A stretch of 64,000 nt of DNA, from the NCBI RefSeq assembly GCF_020745735.1, contig NC_083408.1:10478484-10542483 (forward strand). Reading direction: 5' to 3'. The notes beneath the pieces were generated by a model. The model was given only the letters and a program-made list of their open reading frames with translations, searched no databases and was not told the DNA's origin. This document shows, piece after piece, positions 12,290 to 24,639 of this stretch. The translations under genes and the position numbers were made by a program. The DNA comes from Hemiscyllium ocellatum. Taxonomy: Eukaryota. Position 1 is the stretch's first letter. Every line of letters starts with the position of its first letter.

Positions 12290-14000
12290 AAGGACTGGAT
12301 AGCGATCTGGCTGGGAGGGTGCATAGCTTATAATGGAGGGGACAGGAAACTGTGTCTGGGAGCATCACAGTGGAGATGGTGGAAATGGCGGCTGATGATC
12401 TAAATTCTGCTGCAAAAATAGACCCTGAGCTTCCAGCTGCCTGCCACTTTAACACGCGAGTCTGTTCCGTGGCCAATATCTCTGTCTCATGCTTACTGCA
12501 GTGTTCCGTGAAGCTTGATGCAAGCTGGCAGAACACTCCAGAACATATCAAATGGCCCCGTATTTCAAGCATGGCAATTTCCCCTCCCATGTGGCCAACA
12601 ATACCCTCCACCATATATCTGCCACTTCCCATACCTCTGCCATTAAACCCCACCACTCCAATCGCAACAAAGATAGAAAGGCCCTGGTCCTCACCTTCCA
12701 TCTAGATACAACGCATCATCTTCTGCCATTTCCACCACCGAAAATCAGACTCCATCACCAGACATACATTTCAGTATTTCATAGAGGCCAATCCCTCTGC
12801 GATTTCCTCGTTAGGTCCACACTCCCCACCAACTCACCCTCCCCTCTCCCAGCACCTTCGCTTGCCACTGCGAGGGGTGTAAAACTGATGCCCACACCTC
12901 CCCCCTCACCTCCATCCAAGGCACCAAAGAATCCTCCCAAATCCAGAAGAGTACTTCTGCACATCCGAACACCTCACCTTTTGCGATCTTTCCTCTCGAT
13001 GTGGTCTTCTCAACATTGGGGAGACAGAAGGCCAACTTGCAGAATGTTTCAGGGAACATTTCTGGGAAACATTTCTGGGATACATGCACAAACCAACCCC
13101 ACCTCCCTGTGGCCGACCACTTCAAAACCCCCTCCCACTCCGCCAAGGACATGTAGGTTCTGTTCTACCTCCATTGCCAAATCCTAGCCACCCGACGCCT
13201 GGAGGAATAACACCTCATCGAGCGCCTAGGGACCCTTCAACTACACAGCATCAAGGTTTCTTCATCTCCCCTTCCCCACCTTATCCCACGTCCAACCATT
13301 TAAATCAGCGCTAGCCTTTTCAACTCTCCACCTGTCCATCTTCCTTCCCACTTGTCCACTCCATCCTCTCACTAATACTGCATTTACCTATCACCTTGCC
13401 AGCTACCGTCCTCCCAACTCCACACACCCCTCCTATTTATCTCTCAGCACTTTTTCCCAACCACCCCCCATATTCCTGATGATGGGAGCATGCCTAAAAC
13501 GTCGATTCTCCTTCTCCTTGGATGCTGCCTGACCTGCTGTGCTTTTCCAGCGCCACACTTCAACGCAGGCTGGAAGAACAACACCTCATCTTCCACTCGG
13601 GGACCCTTCAGCCCTTTGTTCTCAATATCGAATTCAACAATTTTAGGTCCTGAAATCTCCCACATCCTAGCCCCCTACCCCACATATCAAGCCTTGTTAC
13701 TACATAGCCTGCCACTGCACACTACCTATGTCGAGGCACCAACAGTCCCCAAAACAGCTATTCATTCTTCTCCAGCCAGATCGTTATCCATTCATTTGTC
13801 CAACCGCTCCCATCTCTTTCATTGGACTATATCCCAACCTATCATTTGCTCCTTAATCCCTCCCTTCTGCACACAAACCGACATTTTTACTCAGTAACAT
13901 CAGTTCTGAGGAAGGATAATCGGATCCGAAACGTTAACTCTGATTTCTATTCATAGATGCTGCCAGATTTGCTGAGCTTTTTCTGCATCTTCTTGTTGTT
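12290..14000 (+). mobile_element. Stack of tandem Penelope-like fragments (at least three 3' regions, families A and B)
   Basis: DPELPAACHFNT..ANISVS (12420-12500); YFKHGNFPSHV..F.RGQSL.DFLVRS (ORF 12552-13187); repeated GIY-YIG C-terminal/3' tails at 13190-13560 and 13560-14000. Confidence 0.85.
13902..13939 (+). ncRNA. Minimal type I hammerhead ribozyme (family B)
   Basis: AGTT-CTGAGGA-A-GGAT(AATCGG)ATCC-GAAAC-GTT-AACT: perfect 4-bp stems I and II, GUU triplet. Confidence 0.75.
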
Positions 14001-14299
14001 GTTTATCATTTCCATCATGCCCAGTTTGTCTGGTTTTCATTTATCGGGAGGTTGTAATTCATATTAAACAGCCTACACCATGTGTTTATAAACCCTTCCA
14101 GTACAAAGAAACTCCATTTCTCTCCCAGTCTCTGCAATCTCTCCAACTCCCTCACAGTGACATTGCGCCTGCACAGCTCATGGTCACGTGTTGGCCTGCT
14201 GGTCATACCCCTCATTCACTCCCATTGGCTAGAGGATCACGCCAACTCTCCTATTGTCTGAAGTTGCTGTCAATCACCTGGGCCGATTGTGACGTGTGG

Positions 14300-14690
14300 G
14301 CTCCTTCCATGAGCGTCAGAGGCTGAGGGTTGAACTTATAGTGGTTTATAAAATATTGAGGGGCATAGAAAAGACAAATAGACAAGGTATTTTCCCTGGA
14401 GCTGCGGAGTCCAGAACGAGAGGGTGTAGGTTTAAGTTGAGAGCAGAAAGATGTAAAAGGGGCAACTTTTATCACACAGAGGTTGGTGCACTTATGGAAT
14501 CTTCGGTCAGGGTAAGTGGTGAAGGCTGGTGCAATTATACCATTTGAAACGCTTCTGAATGGGTGTACGAATCGGAAGGGTGAAGCGGGATATGGTTCAA
14601 GTGCTGTCAAATAGGATGAGATTAGGTTAGGACATCTGGTCAGCATGGACGAGTTTGACCGGAGGGTCTGTTTCTGTGCAGTACATCTCG
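14300..14690 (+). mobile_element. CR1 3' end fragment
   Basis: ERQRLRVELIVVYKILRGIEK..FP..ESRTRG.RFKLR followed by the typical tail. Confidence 0.85.
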
Positions 14691-15519
14691 ATGGCTATGC
14701 CCTGGGATGAGCTTCATCGTTCACAGTGAATTGGGCAGAATCACAGAGCACAGGGGCTGGGGGCTATTCAGCCCATTAGGGTTGTACTCTCTCCCTTTGG
14801 AGATACTGCAAATCTGTCCCAACTCCCCTCCCATCTGTTCATAGCCCTCCAAATCTTTTCTTGAAAAGTTGAATTCCAAATTTGTTTTGACAGTGTTAGA
14901 AACAAAATTCAAGGAAATTTAGAGGAGACCAACAAAGCTGGAAATAAGACAATTTATTACCAACTTGCAAGTCAGGTCTTCAATTGCATAAGCAAATGAA
15001 ACAAATTAGAACTTAGGTTAGTGCAGTTATGCCCTTTGAGCTGAGTGAGGTCATCTCTACTGACTCCTAATTACCCAATCTCTCTTACTATTTCACCTCT
15101 ACCCATCTATGCTCCACCCCCATTGCCCCTTTCTTTCCAAGCTGGCAATTTCCCCCTTGCACGTGCTGCCATAAGGCTAAACCCTTATCTCGATGTTCCC
15201 CTTTGTAAATTCTTTCATTGTCCATAGGAACATTCCATTCGTGCACATATATTTTTACAATGTATCTTTTTCTGTTTCACTTATATGTTTCAGTAATCTT
15301 AGCTTTTTACTGAAACTGTTGCTTTAAACATTATGATAAAAGGAATTATTTTCTTGAATAAATCTACATTAAAGTTGGTACTTAATTATCCATGATTATG
15401 CACTGAAAAGTAGAGATACTCATCCATAAATACCTGCAGAGTTAATAGTTCTCTTGCTGTACCTCTTTTCTGTATGCTTTTTCTTTATCTGCAAAAACAA
15501 CACTTGTACCCCTTTTCTA

Positions 15520-18500
15520 ACACACTGACTCTCTCTCTGAGGTACAGTATGACACACTGTGACACTCTTTGACTCTCCCTGAAACTCTCTGAAACACACA
15601 GTGACACTGTGACATTTTTTGACTCTCACACTCTCTTACGCACAATGTGACACTTTCTGTCTCTCTGTGACACTCTGAGAGACATTGTGACACTCTCTGA
15701 CCCTCTCTGACAGTGTCGGATACACACCGTGACACTCTCCCACAGATTGTGACCCACTCTGAGACAAATGCTGACCCTCTCTAAGACACGCTGTGACACT
15801 CTCTGATACTCTCTGAGACACACTGTGATATTGTCTGACGCTCTCTGGCACTCTCTGAGGTTCGGTATGACACATTGTGACACTCTCTGACTCTCTCTGA
15901 AACACACTGTGATACTCTCTGACAGACTGTGACACCCTCTGTGACACACTGTGAGATTCTCTGACACACTGTGACACTCTCTGACAGACTCTGACACTCT
16001 CTTACTCTCACTGACACACTCTGAGACACACTGTGACTCCCTCTAACATTCTGAGACACACTGTGACACTCTCTGACCCTCTCTGACACTCTCTGAGAAA
16101 CACTGTCACACTCTCTGACAGACTGAGACAGACTGTGACAATTTCTGTGACACACTATGACACTCTCTGACCGACTGTGACACTCTCTGACACACGGTGA
16201 CATTCTGTGAGACACTGTGACAGTTTTTGACATTTTCTGAAATACACTGTGACGCTCTCTGACTCTCTCCCTGACCCTTTGTGACAATCTCTGACACACT
16301 ATGACACTCTCTAAGACACTGTGACACTTTCCAACACACTCAGAGACATACTGTGTTCCAATCTAAAACACTGTGATAATCTCTAACGCTCTCTGAGACA
16401 TACTGTGCCACACTCTTACACACTGTGACACTCTCTGTCACTGTCTGAGAAACACTGTGACACTCTCTGAGACAGACTGTGATACTCTCAGAAAGACTGC
16501 GATACACTATGACACTTTCTGCCTCTCTTTGACACTCTGAGACACACTTTGATACTCGCTGACTCTCTCTGAGATACAGTGTGACACTCTCTGACACATT
16601 TTGACACTCTCTGACTCTCTCTATGACACACTGTGACAGTCTCTGACACACTGTGACACTCTGCACTCTGAGACACACTGTGACACTCTCTGTCTCTCGA
16701 GACACACTGTGACACTCTCTGAGACAGACTGTGAAACACTTTGACACTCTCTGACTCTCTGAGACACACTGTGACTCTCTCTGACCGAATGTTGCACACT
16801 GTGCCCTCTTTCTAACAGACGTTGACACTCTCTGACACTCTCTGACCGACTGAGACGCTGAGACACACTGACACTCTCTGACATTCTCTGTGCCACTCTC
16901 TAACACACTGTAGTAAAATATGACTTCCTCTGAAGCACACTGTGACACTCTCTGACTCTCTCTAACACCCTCTGAGACTCACTGTGAGATACTGTGATAT
17001 TCTCTGTCATTCTCTGAGACACACTGTGACTCTCTCTAACAGACTATGACACACTGCGTCACTCTTTGACAATTTCTGAAGCCCACTGTGACACTCTCTG
17101 ACTCTCTCTGACACTCTCTGAGACACACTGTGAGGCACTGCGACACTCTCTGACTCTCTCTGACACTCTCTGAGACACACTCTGACACACTGCGACACTC
17201 TCTGACATTCTCTGAGACGCACTGTGACACTCTCAGACAGACTGTCACACACTGCGTCACTCTTTGACAATTTCTGAAACACACTGTGACACTCTCTGAC
17301 TCTCTCTGACCAATTGTGAGACCCTCAGACATACTGTGACACTCTCCGACCGACAGTGACACATTGTGACTCTCCCTGACACACTGAGACACTCTGACAC
17401 TCTGAAACAGACTTGACGATCTGACACTCTCCGAGTCACACTGTGAGACTCACTGATAGACTGTGACACACTGTGACAATCTCTGACGTTCTCTGACACT
17501 CTCTGAGACACCCTTTGACAATCTCTGACTCTCTCTGACACTGTATGAGACACACCGTGACTCTCTCTGACTGTCTCTGAGACACAATTTGACACTCTCT
17601 GACCCTCTCTGACACTCGATGAAACATACTGTGACATTCTCCGCCTCTCTTTGACATCCTCTGCCACTCCCTTACACTCTCCAAGACACACTGTGACTCT
17701 CTCTGACAGACTGTGACACACTGTGACGCTCACTGACACGCTGTGACACTCTCTGACGCAGTCTGTCACTCTGTGTTACTATCTGAGACAGGCTGTGACA
17801 CGCTCTGACAGACTGTGATACACTGTGACACTCTCTGCATCTCTCTGAGACCACAGTGATATTTTCTTACACTCTCTGAGAAACAGTGTGACACTCTCTG
17901 ACACATTCTGACACTCTCTGACTCTCTGACACACTGTGACAATCTCTTACACACTGTGACACTCTGACACTCCGAGACACACTGTGACACTATCTGTCTC
18001 TCTGAAACACACTGTGACACTCTCCGAGACAGATTGTGAAACACTCTGACTCTCTCTGACACTCTGACACTCTCTGAGGCACGCTGTAACACACTCTGAC
18101 AGACTGTGACACCCTTTGACACTCTCAGAGACTCACTGTGACACTCACTGACTCTCTCTGACTCTCTCTGTTACACACTGTGACACTCCCTGACAAACTG
18201 TGACACTCTCTGACTCTCATTGACACTGTATGAGACACACTGTGACATACTCTGACCCTCTCTGATACTCTCTGAAACACACTGTGGCACACTCTGACTA
18301 TTTCTGACACTCTCTGAAACGGACTGTGACACTCTCTGACCGACTGCGACACGTTTTGACTCTCTCTGACACTCTGTGAGACCCACTTTGACACTCTACG
18401 ACTCTCTCTGGTGCATACTGTGCCACTCTCTTACACACGGTGCCAGTCTCTGATTCTCTCTGTCAGTCTCTGAGAAACACTGTGACACTCTCTGTCCCTC

Positions 18501-21360
18501 TTTGACACTCTCTGTGACACACTGTAACAGTCTCTGACTCTCTCTGAGACCCACTGTAACACTCTCTGACACTGTCTGAGACATACTGTGCCACTCTCTG
18601 ACACACTTGGACACTGTCTGACTGTCTCTGACACACACTGCGACATTATCTGACACACTGCGACACTCTCTGACAATCTGTGACATTCCCTTCCTCTCTC
18701 TGATACACTGTGACACTCTCTGAGACACACTGAGACCTTCTCTAAGACACACCATGAAACGCTGTGATATTCTCGAATTCTCTCTGTCGCTCTCTGCCTG
18801 ATCTGAGACACTGTGACACTCTCTGATACACTGTAACCCTCTCTGAGACACATTGTGTCATACTCTGACCCTCTCTGACTCTCTCTGAAACACACTGAGG
18901 AATCTCTGACACACTGTGACACTATCAGACTCTCTCTCTCTGACACACTGTGACAATCTCTGACACACTGTGACACCCATTTAGACAAAGTGACACTTTC
19001 TGGCACTCTGTGAGACACACTATGACGCTCTCTGACACACTGTGACACTTTGTGACTCTGTATGAAACACTCTGTGGCACTTTCTGACTCTCTCTGAGAC
19101 ACACTGCGACACTCACTGACACATTGTGACACTCTCTGACTCTCTCTCTGACACACTGTGACAGCCACTGAGACACTGTGACACCTTCTGACACTCTGTG
19201 AGACACACTATGACACTCTCTGACTCTCTCTCTCTCTCTCTAATACACTGTGACAATCTCTGACACACTGTGACATTCTCTAAGACACTGTGACACTTTC
19301 CGACACTCTCAGAGACATGCGGTATCCCTCTCTATGACACTGTGATAATCTCTGACGCTTTCAGAGACATACTGTAACGCTCTCTGACAGACTGTGACAC
19401 GCTGTGAAGCTCCCTGACTCTCTCTGACATTCCCTGAGACACACAGTGACACTCCGAGACACACTGTGACACACTCTTTGACTCTGCGTGACAGTCTCTG
19501 AAACGTACTGTGACACTCTCTGACAGACTGTGATACACTGTGACACATTTTTAGTCTCTCTGACACTCCCTGAGACTCACTTTGACACTCTCTGAGACAT
19601 ACTGTGCCACTCCCTTACACACCGTGACACTCTATGACTGTCTCTGAGACACAGTGTGACACTCTCTGACTCTGACACACTGTGACAATCTCTGACACAC
19701 TGTGATTTTCTGGCACTCTGTGACTCTCTCTGACAGACTGTGACACTCTCTGACTGACTGTGACACTCTCTGACTCTCTCTGACAGATGTTTACACACTG
19801 TGACACAATAAGACTCTCTCAGAGACACACTGCGACACTCTCTAAGGCACTCTGACACTTCCTGACACTCTCAGAGACATACTGTATTCCTCTCTTAGGC
19901 ACTGTGATAATCTCTGACGCTGTCTGAGACATACTGTGCCACTCTCTGACACTCCCTGAGGCACACTCTGACACTCGCTGCGACACACTCTGACCGTCTG
20001 TGACACTCTCTGTAACACACTGTGACAGTCTGTGATTCTGTCTGACACTGTCTGAGACATGCTGTGCCACTCGCTGACTGTCTCTGAGACACACTGCGAC
20101 ATTCTCTGACAAACGGTGAAACTCTCTGACACACTGTGACATTCCACGCCTCTCTCTGATACACGATGACACTCTCTGAGACACACTAGGAAACACACTG
20201 CGACACACTCTAAGACACTCCGTGAAACACTGTGACACTCTCTGACTCTCTCTGACAGATGTTTACACACTGTGACACAATAAGACTCTCAGAGACACAC
20301 TGCGACACTCTCTGACACTCTATGTAACACACAGTGACACTCTCTGACAGACTGTGACACTTTCTGTCTCTCACAGACACTGTCTGAGACACTCTGCCTC
20401 TCTCTGACCGAGTGTGAGACACGCTCTGATACACTGTGACACTCTCCGAGACACACTGTGGCACTCTCTGACTCTCTCTGACACTATCTGAATTGTACTG
20501 TGTCACTCACTGTCAGACTGCGACAGACTGTGGAAGTCTCTGACTCTCTCTGAAACTCTCTGAGGCCCACTTTGACACTCTCTGTCTCTGAGACATACTT
20601 TGCCACTCTCTTACACACTGTGCCACTCTCTGACTCTCTGTCACTCTCTGAGACACACTGTGACACATTCTGACAGACAGTGACATACTGTGACACTTTT
20701 TGACTCTGTATGAAACACTCTGTGACACTCTCTGAGACCCACTGTGACACTCTCTTACACACTGTGACACTCTCTGCCACACCGTGACAATCTCTGACGC
20801 ACTGTGACACCCACTAAGACACTGTGACACTTTCTGATACTCTGTGAGACACACTGTGACACTCTCTAAGGCACTCTGACACTTCCTGACACTCTCAGAG
20901 ACATACTGTATTCCTCTCTTAGGCACTGTGATAATCTCTGACGCTGTCTGAGACATACTGTGCCACTCTCTGACACTCCCTGAGGCACACTCTGACACTC
21001 GCTGCGACACACTCTGACCGTCTTTGACACTCTCTGTAACACACTGTGACAGTCTGTGATTCTGTCTGACACTGTCTGAGACATGCTGTGCCACTCGCTG
21101 ACTGTCTCTGAGACACACTGCGACATTCTCTGACAAACGGTGAAACTCTCTGACACACTGTGACATTCCACGCCTCTCTCTGATACACGATGACACTCTC
21201 TGAGACACACTAGGAAACACACTGCGACACATTCTAAGACACTCCGTGAAACACTGTGACACTCTCTGAAACTCTGAGATACACTATCACACTCTGACTC
21301 ACGGTGACTCTCTCTGAGACGCATTGTCACACCCTCTGACTCTCTCTGAACAGACTGTGA
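15520..21360. repeat. Satellite A: degenerate tandem array of short GACACTCTCT / GACACACTGT-type modules
   Basis: About 5.8 kb of recurrent GACACTCTCTGAGACACACTGT variants; explains all the SVRECHSV-type ORFs. Confidence 0.95.
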
Positions 21361-21439
21361 TTCTAATAGAAATTATCCATTTGCTGTGAAATTACTTATC
21401 CATATACTGTGAAATTAATTCTCCATTTACTGAGAAGTT

Positions 21440-21820
21440 TAATGAGAATGCTTTGTTTATATCAATGCAGTGCTGAGCTTTGTAAACGATGCTTCAATGA
21501 AGGTCTGCAGTTAGCTTCTCTCTGAATTCTGGAAGCATTCAACTCGACCTTGCGATAGTCGAACTCAGTGAAAGCTGAATAACTGGTATGTCTAGGACCA
21601 GGCGATGAGAGGATAACAACTTGAGTTTCCCCAGTCTCTGCCCTTGACAGTGTGATAAGGAAGGCAATAAGGCAGGTGTCTGTGTAAATGTTTGGGTACT
21701 CATTGCATTGAGGCATCTGACTTAGTGTAATGGGTAAACCTTGCAAAAATTTTAATAAAGACCCTTGCTTTGCTCTTGCTAATTATTGAGTCAAGTTGAT
21801 TTAATTTCCACGTCACTAAA
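21440..21820 (+). mobile_element. Candidate ERV 5' LTR
   Basis: Unique block with AATAAA at 21754-21759 directly upstream of a PBS-like motif; 5' edge uncertain and no second copy in the window. Confidence 0.55.
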
Positions 21821-21822
21821 TT

Positions 21823-21840
21823 TGAGGGCTCGTCCCAGGA
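21823..21840 (+). promoter_or_regulatory. Retroviral primer-binding site, tRNA-Pro-like
   Basis: TGAGGGCTCGTCCCAGGA vs the MLV-type PBS-Pro TGGGGGCTCGTCCGGGAT (12 of first 13 nt identical). Confidence 0.7.
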
Positions 21841-22859
21841 CCCCACGACTGGGGGAGATTCTGAAGATTCCCAGGAGGCACAGGCGCCAGCGCCTTGAAG
21901 GTCTTTCACGTCATCTTGAGCGCTGCATTGGACCTTTTTTGTGAGAAAACTGGGCATCTGTGGATTGCCCTAGCGCCGGGATTTCAAATCAAATAAGGTA
22001 GGTAAGAATCGTGGTTTACGTAATCCTATGTAGAGAGTCATTCTAAGAGAATAAATACAACAGGAAATGGGTTCAGTGAATTGTCACAGGGTATTAGAGT
22101 AAAACCCCAAGGGTAGGGGTTTGCTGTCTGAAGAGTGTTTAGGAGACACCAAGGTTTAGACTGGTTTTAGAGTTGCAACCAGCACTGGCTGAGTTGGACT
22201 TATCTAAGACATACCGGATACGTGGTTTCTTGGTTTACGAAAACCAAGACATTGGGGTGGACGCGCCCAATGTGAGAGGGGACCCCTGGAGGTAAAAGCA
22301 AGTCAAAAGGGAATAGATAATGGTACTGCGAGAACGAGAGACAGAGACAGAGCGAGAGAGAGCTGAACACTTTTCCTGTTACACTAAAAATTGGTTCCGG
22401 CAAGAGCAAACAAAAGGACAGTCCACACAGGACTTGGAATGGCCAACCAAAAATACAATACATGCTAAATAAATACGTCCCTGAATGTGTAATGCAGTAA
22501 GAATTGTGGATTAACGAATGTGGTTTTCCGGAGGGAGGTAGCTTTAGTAAAAGTCAGCTGGAAAAATTAAGGTTGAGGTAGGAGGAGAGGGAGAAGGAGA
22601 AAAGGAAGGGGAGAATAGAACTTATGAAGTGGAGTGCTTATGGTATGTGGAAGGCTGAGGCTGATATCAGAGAAAGGAAATCTCAAGTAAAGGATTGTTC
22701 AAATACACGTACAAACACCAGTGCACATGCGGAAAACAACCTAACGAAGCTGTACAGTGTCTTAAGTCTGTTTCAGACCCTGGCCTTGATGACTGCCCTC
22801 CGAGACCTGTAGCCCCCCCACCCCCGACAAGATCTGCCTGGTGAAAGTTCCACGACTGC

Positions 22860-23418
22860 AAATGTGTTGCTGGTCAAAGCACAGCAGGTTAGGTAGCATC
22901 TCAGGAATAGAGAATTCGACGTTTCGAGCATAAGCCCTTCATCAGGAATAAGAGAGAGAGAGCCAAGCAGGCTGAGATAAAAGGTAGGGAGGAGGGACTA
23001 GGGGGAGGGGCGATGGAGGTGGGATAGGTGGAAGGAGGTCAAGGTGAGGGTGATAGGCCGGAGTGGGGTGGGGGCGGAGAGGTCAGGAAGAGGATTGCAG
23101 GTTAGGAGGGCGGTGCTGAGTTGAGGGAACCGACTGAGACAAGGTGGGGGGAGGGGAAATGAGGAAGCTGGAGAAATCTGAATTCATACCTTGTGGTTGG
23201 AGGGTTCCCAGGCGGAAGATGAGGCGCTCCTCCTCCAGCCGTCGTGTAGTTGTGTTCTGCCGGTGGAGGAGTCCAAGGACCTGCATGTCCTCGGTGGAGT
23301 GGGAGGGGGAGTTAAAGTGTTGAGCCACGGGGTGATTGGGTTGGTTGGTTCGGGCGGCCCAGAGGTGTTCTCTGAAGCGTTCCGCAAGTAAGCGGCCTGT
23401 CTCACCAATATAGAGGAG
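22860..23418 (-). mobile_element. 5'-truncated Penelope-like element nested in ERV gag
   Basis: LLYIGETGRLLAERFREHL..HPVAQHFNSPSH..RRLEEERLIFRLGTLQPQGMN (ORF 23083-23514) plus family A 3' tail; TGC shared at both junctions. Confidence 0.9.
22914..22949 (-). ncRNA. Minimal type I hammerhead ribozyme (family A)
   Basis: Reverse strand ATTC-CTGATGA-A-GGGC(TTAT)GCTC-GAAAC-GTC-GAAT. Confidence 0.75.
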
Positions 23419-24639
23419 TGCGGCCACCGCCTCAAGGACTGCTGGATCACCGATAGCACGCCCTATCCGCAACAGACTGAAGCAAGAAGGCCAAAAGAAG
23501 GACGACCACTCCAAGATGGAAAGGCATCCAAGACCTGTACGTGATCACACTCCGACGGATGATGAGTGACACGGTGAGGGTACTGGCTTACGATTATCTA
23601 ACCAAGTTGTTCTGCAAGCCCCAGTGGTTGAAGTTGTAGGTCTAGAAAGATGCCCAGTGTTGGCCCACCAGCCATGGACCATGACGGATCTGGAAAATGC
23701 CTCTGGGCAGTTGCCTGACCCACGCGAGGTTGGAGCTAATACGAAGTGACAAAGTCCTGCACTCAGTTCCTTCTCGTGTCACATGAGATGAGAGTCTCCT
23801 GGGATGAAAACTAGGTGCCAATGACACCAAAATCAAGTATGCCTGGTGAGCTGCAAACGTCTATGCCAGAGCAGCCAACCCGCAAGTGGAAGAGAAGGGA
23901 AACTTTAATGCTTTTGTTGCAGCGCTGGGAACCGCCTGTAGGGAGATATTCCCAGTTCGAAAGGACATGACCAAAACAGCAACGTGAAAACAACGGGAAG
24001 CTGAGACAGTGCCCCAGTACCTTATGTGACTCACTGAAGTCCATAACACCCATAGTGCACTGAGACCACCCGACGACATAACGGCAGCAGAAATCACACC
24101 GTATGAGGCACACCTGAGGAACAGCAGCATCAATGGAATGAAGGACGAAATAGCGAAAAAAGTAAAATACACATGTATTCGCTGGGACACAGGAAAGCTG
24201 AATTTGATAGAACAACATGTGATACATGCTGAAAGGTTGCTCACCCAAGAGAAGGATAAACGGAAACTAAAGTTGGAATAGCAAGCACATAAAGGTCAAC
24301 TTACTATGATGCAAATCATCACCCAGCCGTTGGAGGGAGGTGTTGCAGGAAGAGAGAAAGAGACAGAGGGGGAGGTCGCAGAAGTGGAAGAGGTCGCGAA
24401 AGAGGCGCTGGTAGAAGTAGATCTGGCGGGTGCTTTGTTTGTGGAGCAATGGATCACTGGGTGAGGCATTGCACGCACAGAAAGCCTCAATCGACCCTGG
24501 AGGGTGAGTGACAGGGGGACTGGCAGGGAAAGGCTGAGGTGGAGGTGGGTGGTCCACACAAGGTACAGATAAGCCTCTTTCGTTTATGCTTGGCAACAAA
24601 GACTCACTGATGTTAATCTCTTCCACAAACCTGTCGTGC

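Larger units (their letters stand above)
22300..24620 (+). pseudogene. gag: ERV gag (decayed, class I)
   Basis: Matrix-like WINECGFPEGGSFSKSQLEKL (about 22505), capsid-like HQPWTMTDLENA..LPDPRE (about 23665), CCHC knuckle CFVCGAMDHWVRHC (24431-24472); many stops and frameshifts; interrupted by a Penelope-like insertion. Confidence 0.8.

Noticed and set aside
13472-13504. Hammerhead-like motif
   Set aside because: The conserved GAAA is mutated to AAAA and stem II is disrupted.
16222-16251. Near-RSS AGTTTTTGA-spacer-CACTGTG in satellite A
   Set aside because: Spacer is 14 nt, the nonamer has two mismatches, and no J-like coding segment follows.
15420-21330. Dozens of 60-250-aa ORFs (SVRECHSV-type)
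   Set aside because: Translations of satellite A in all frames; no domain content.
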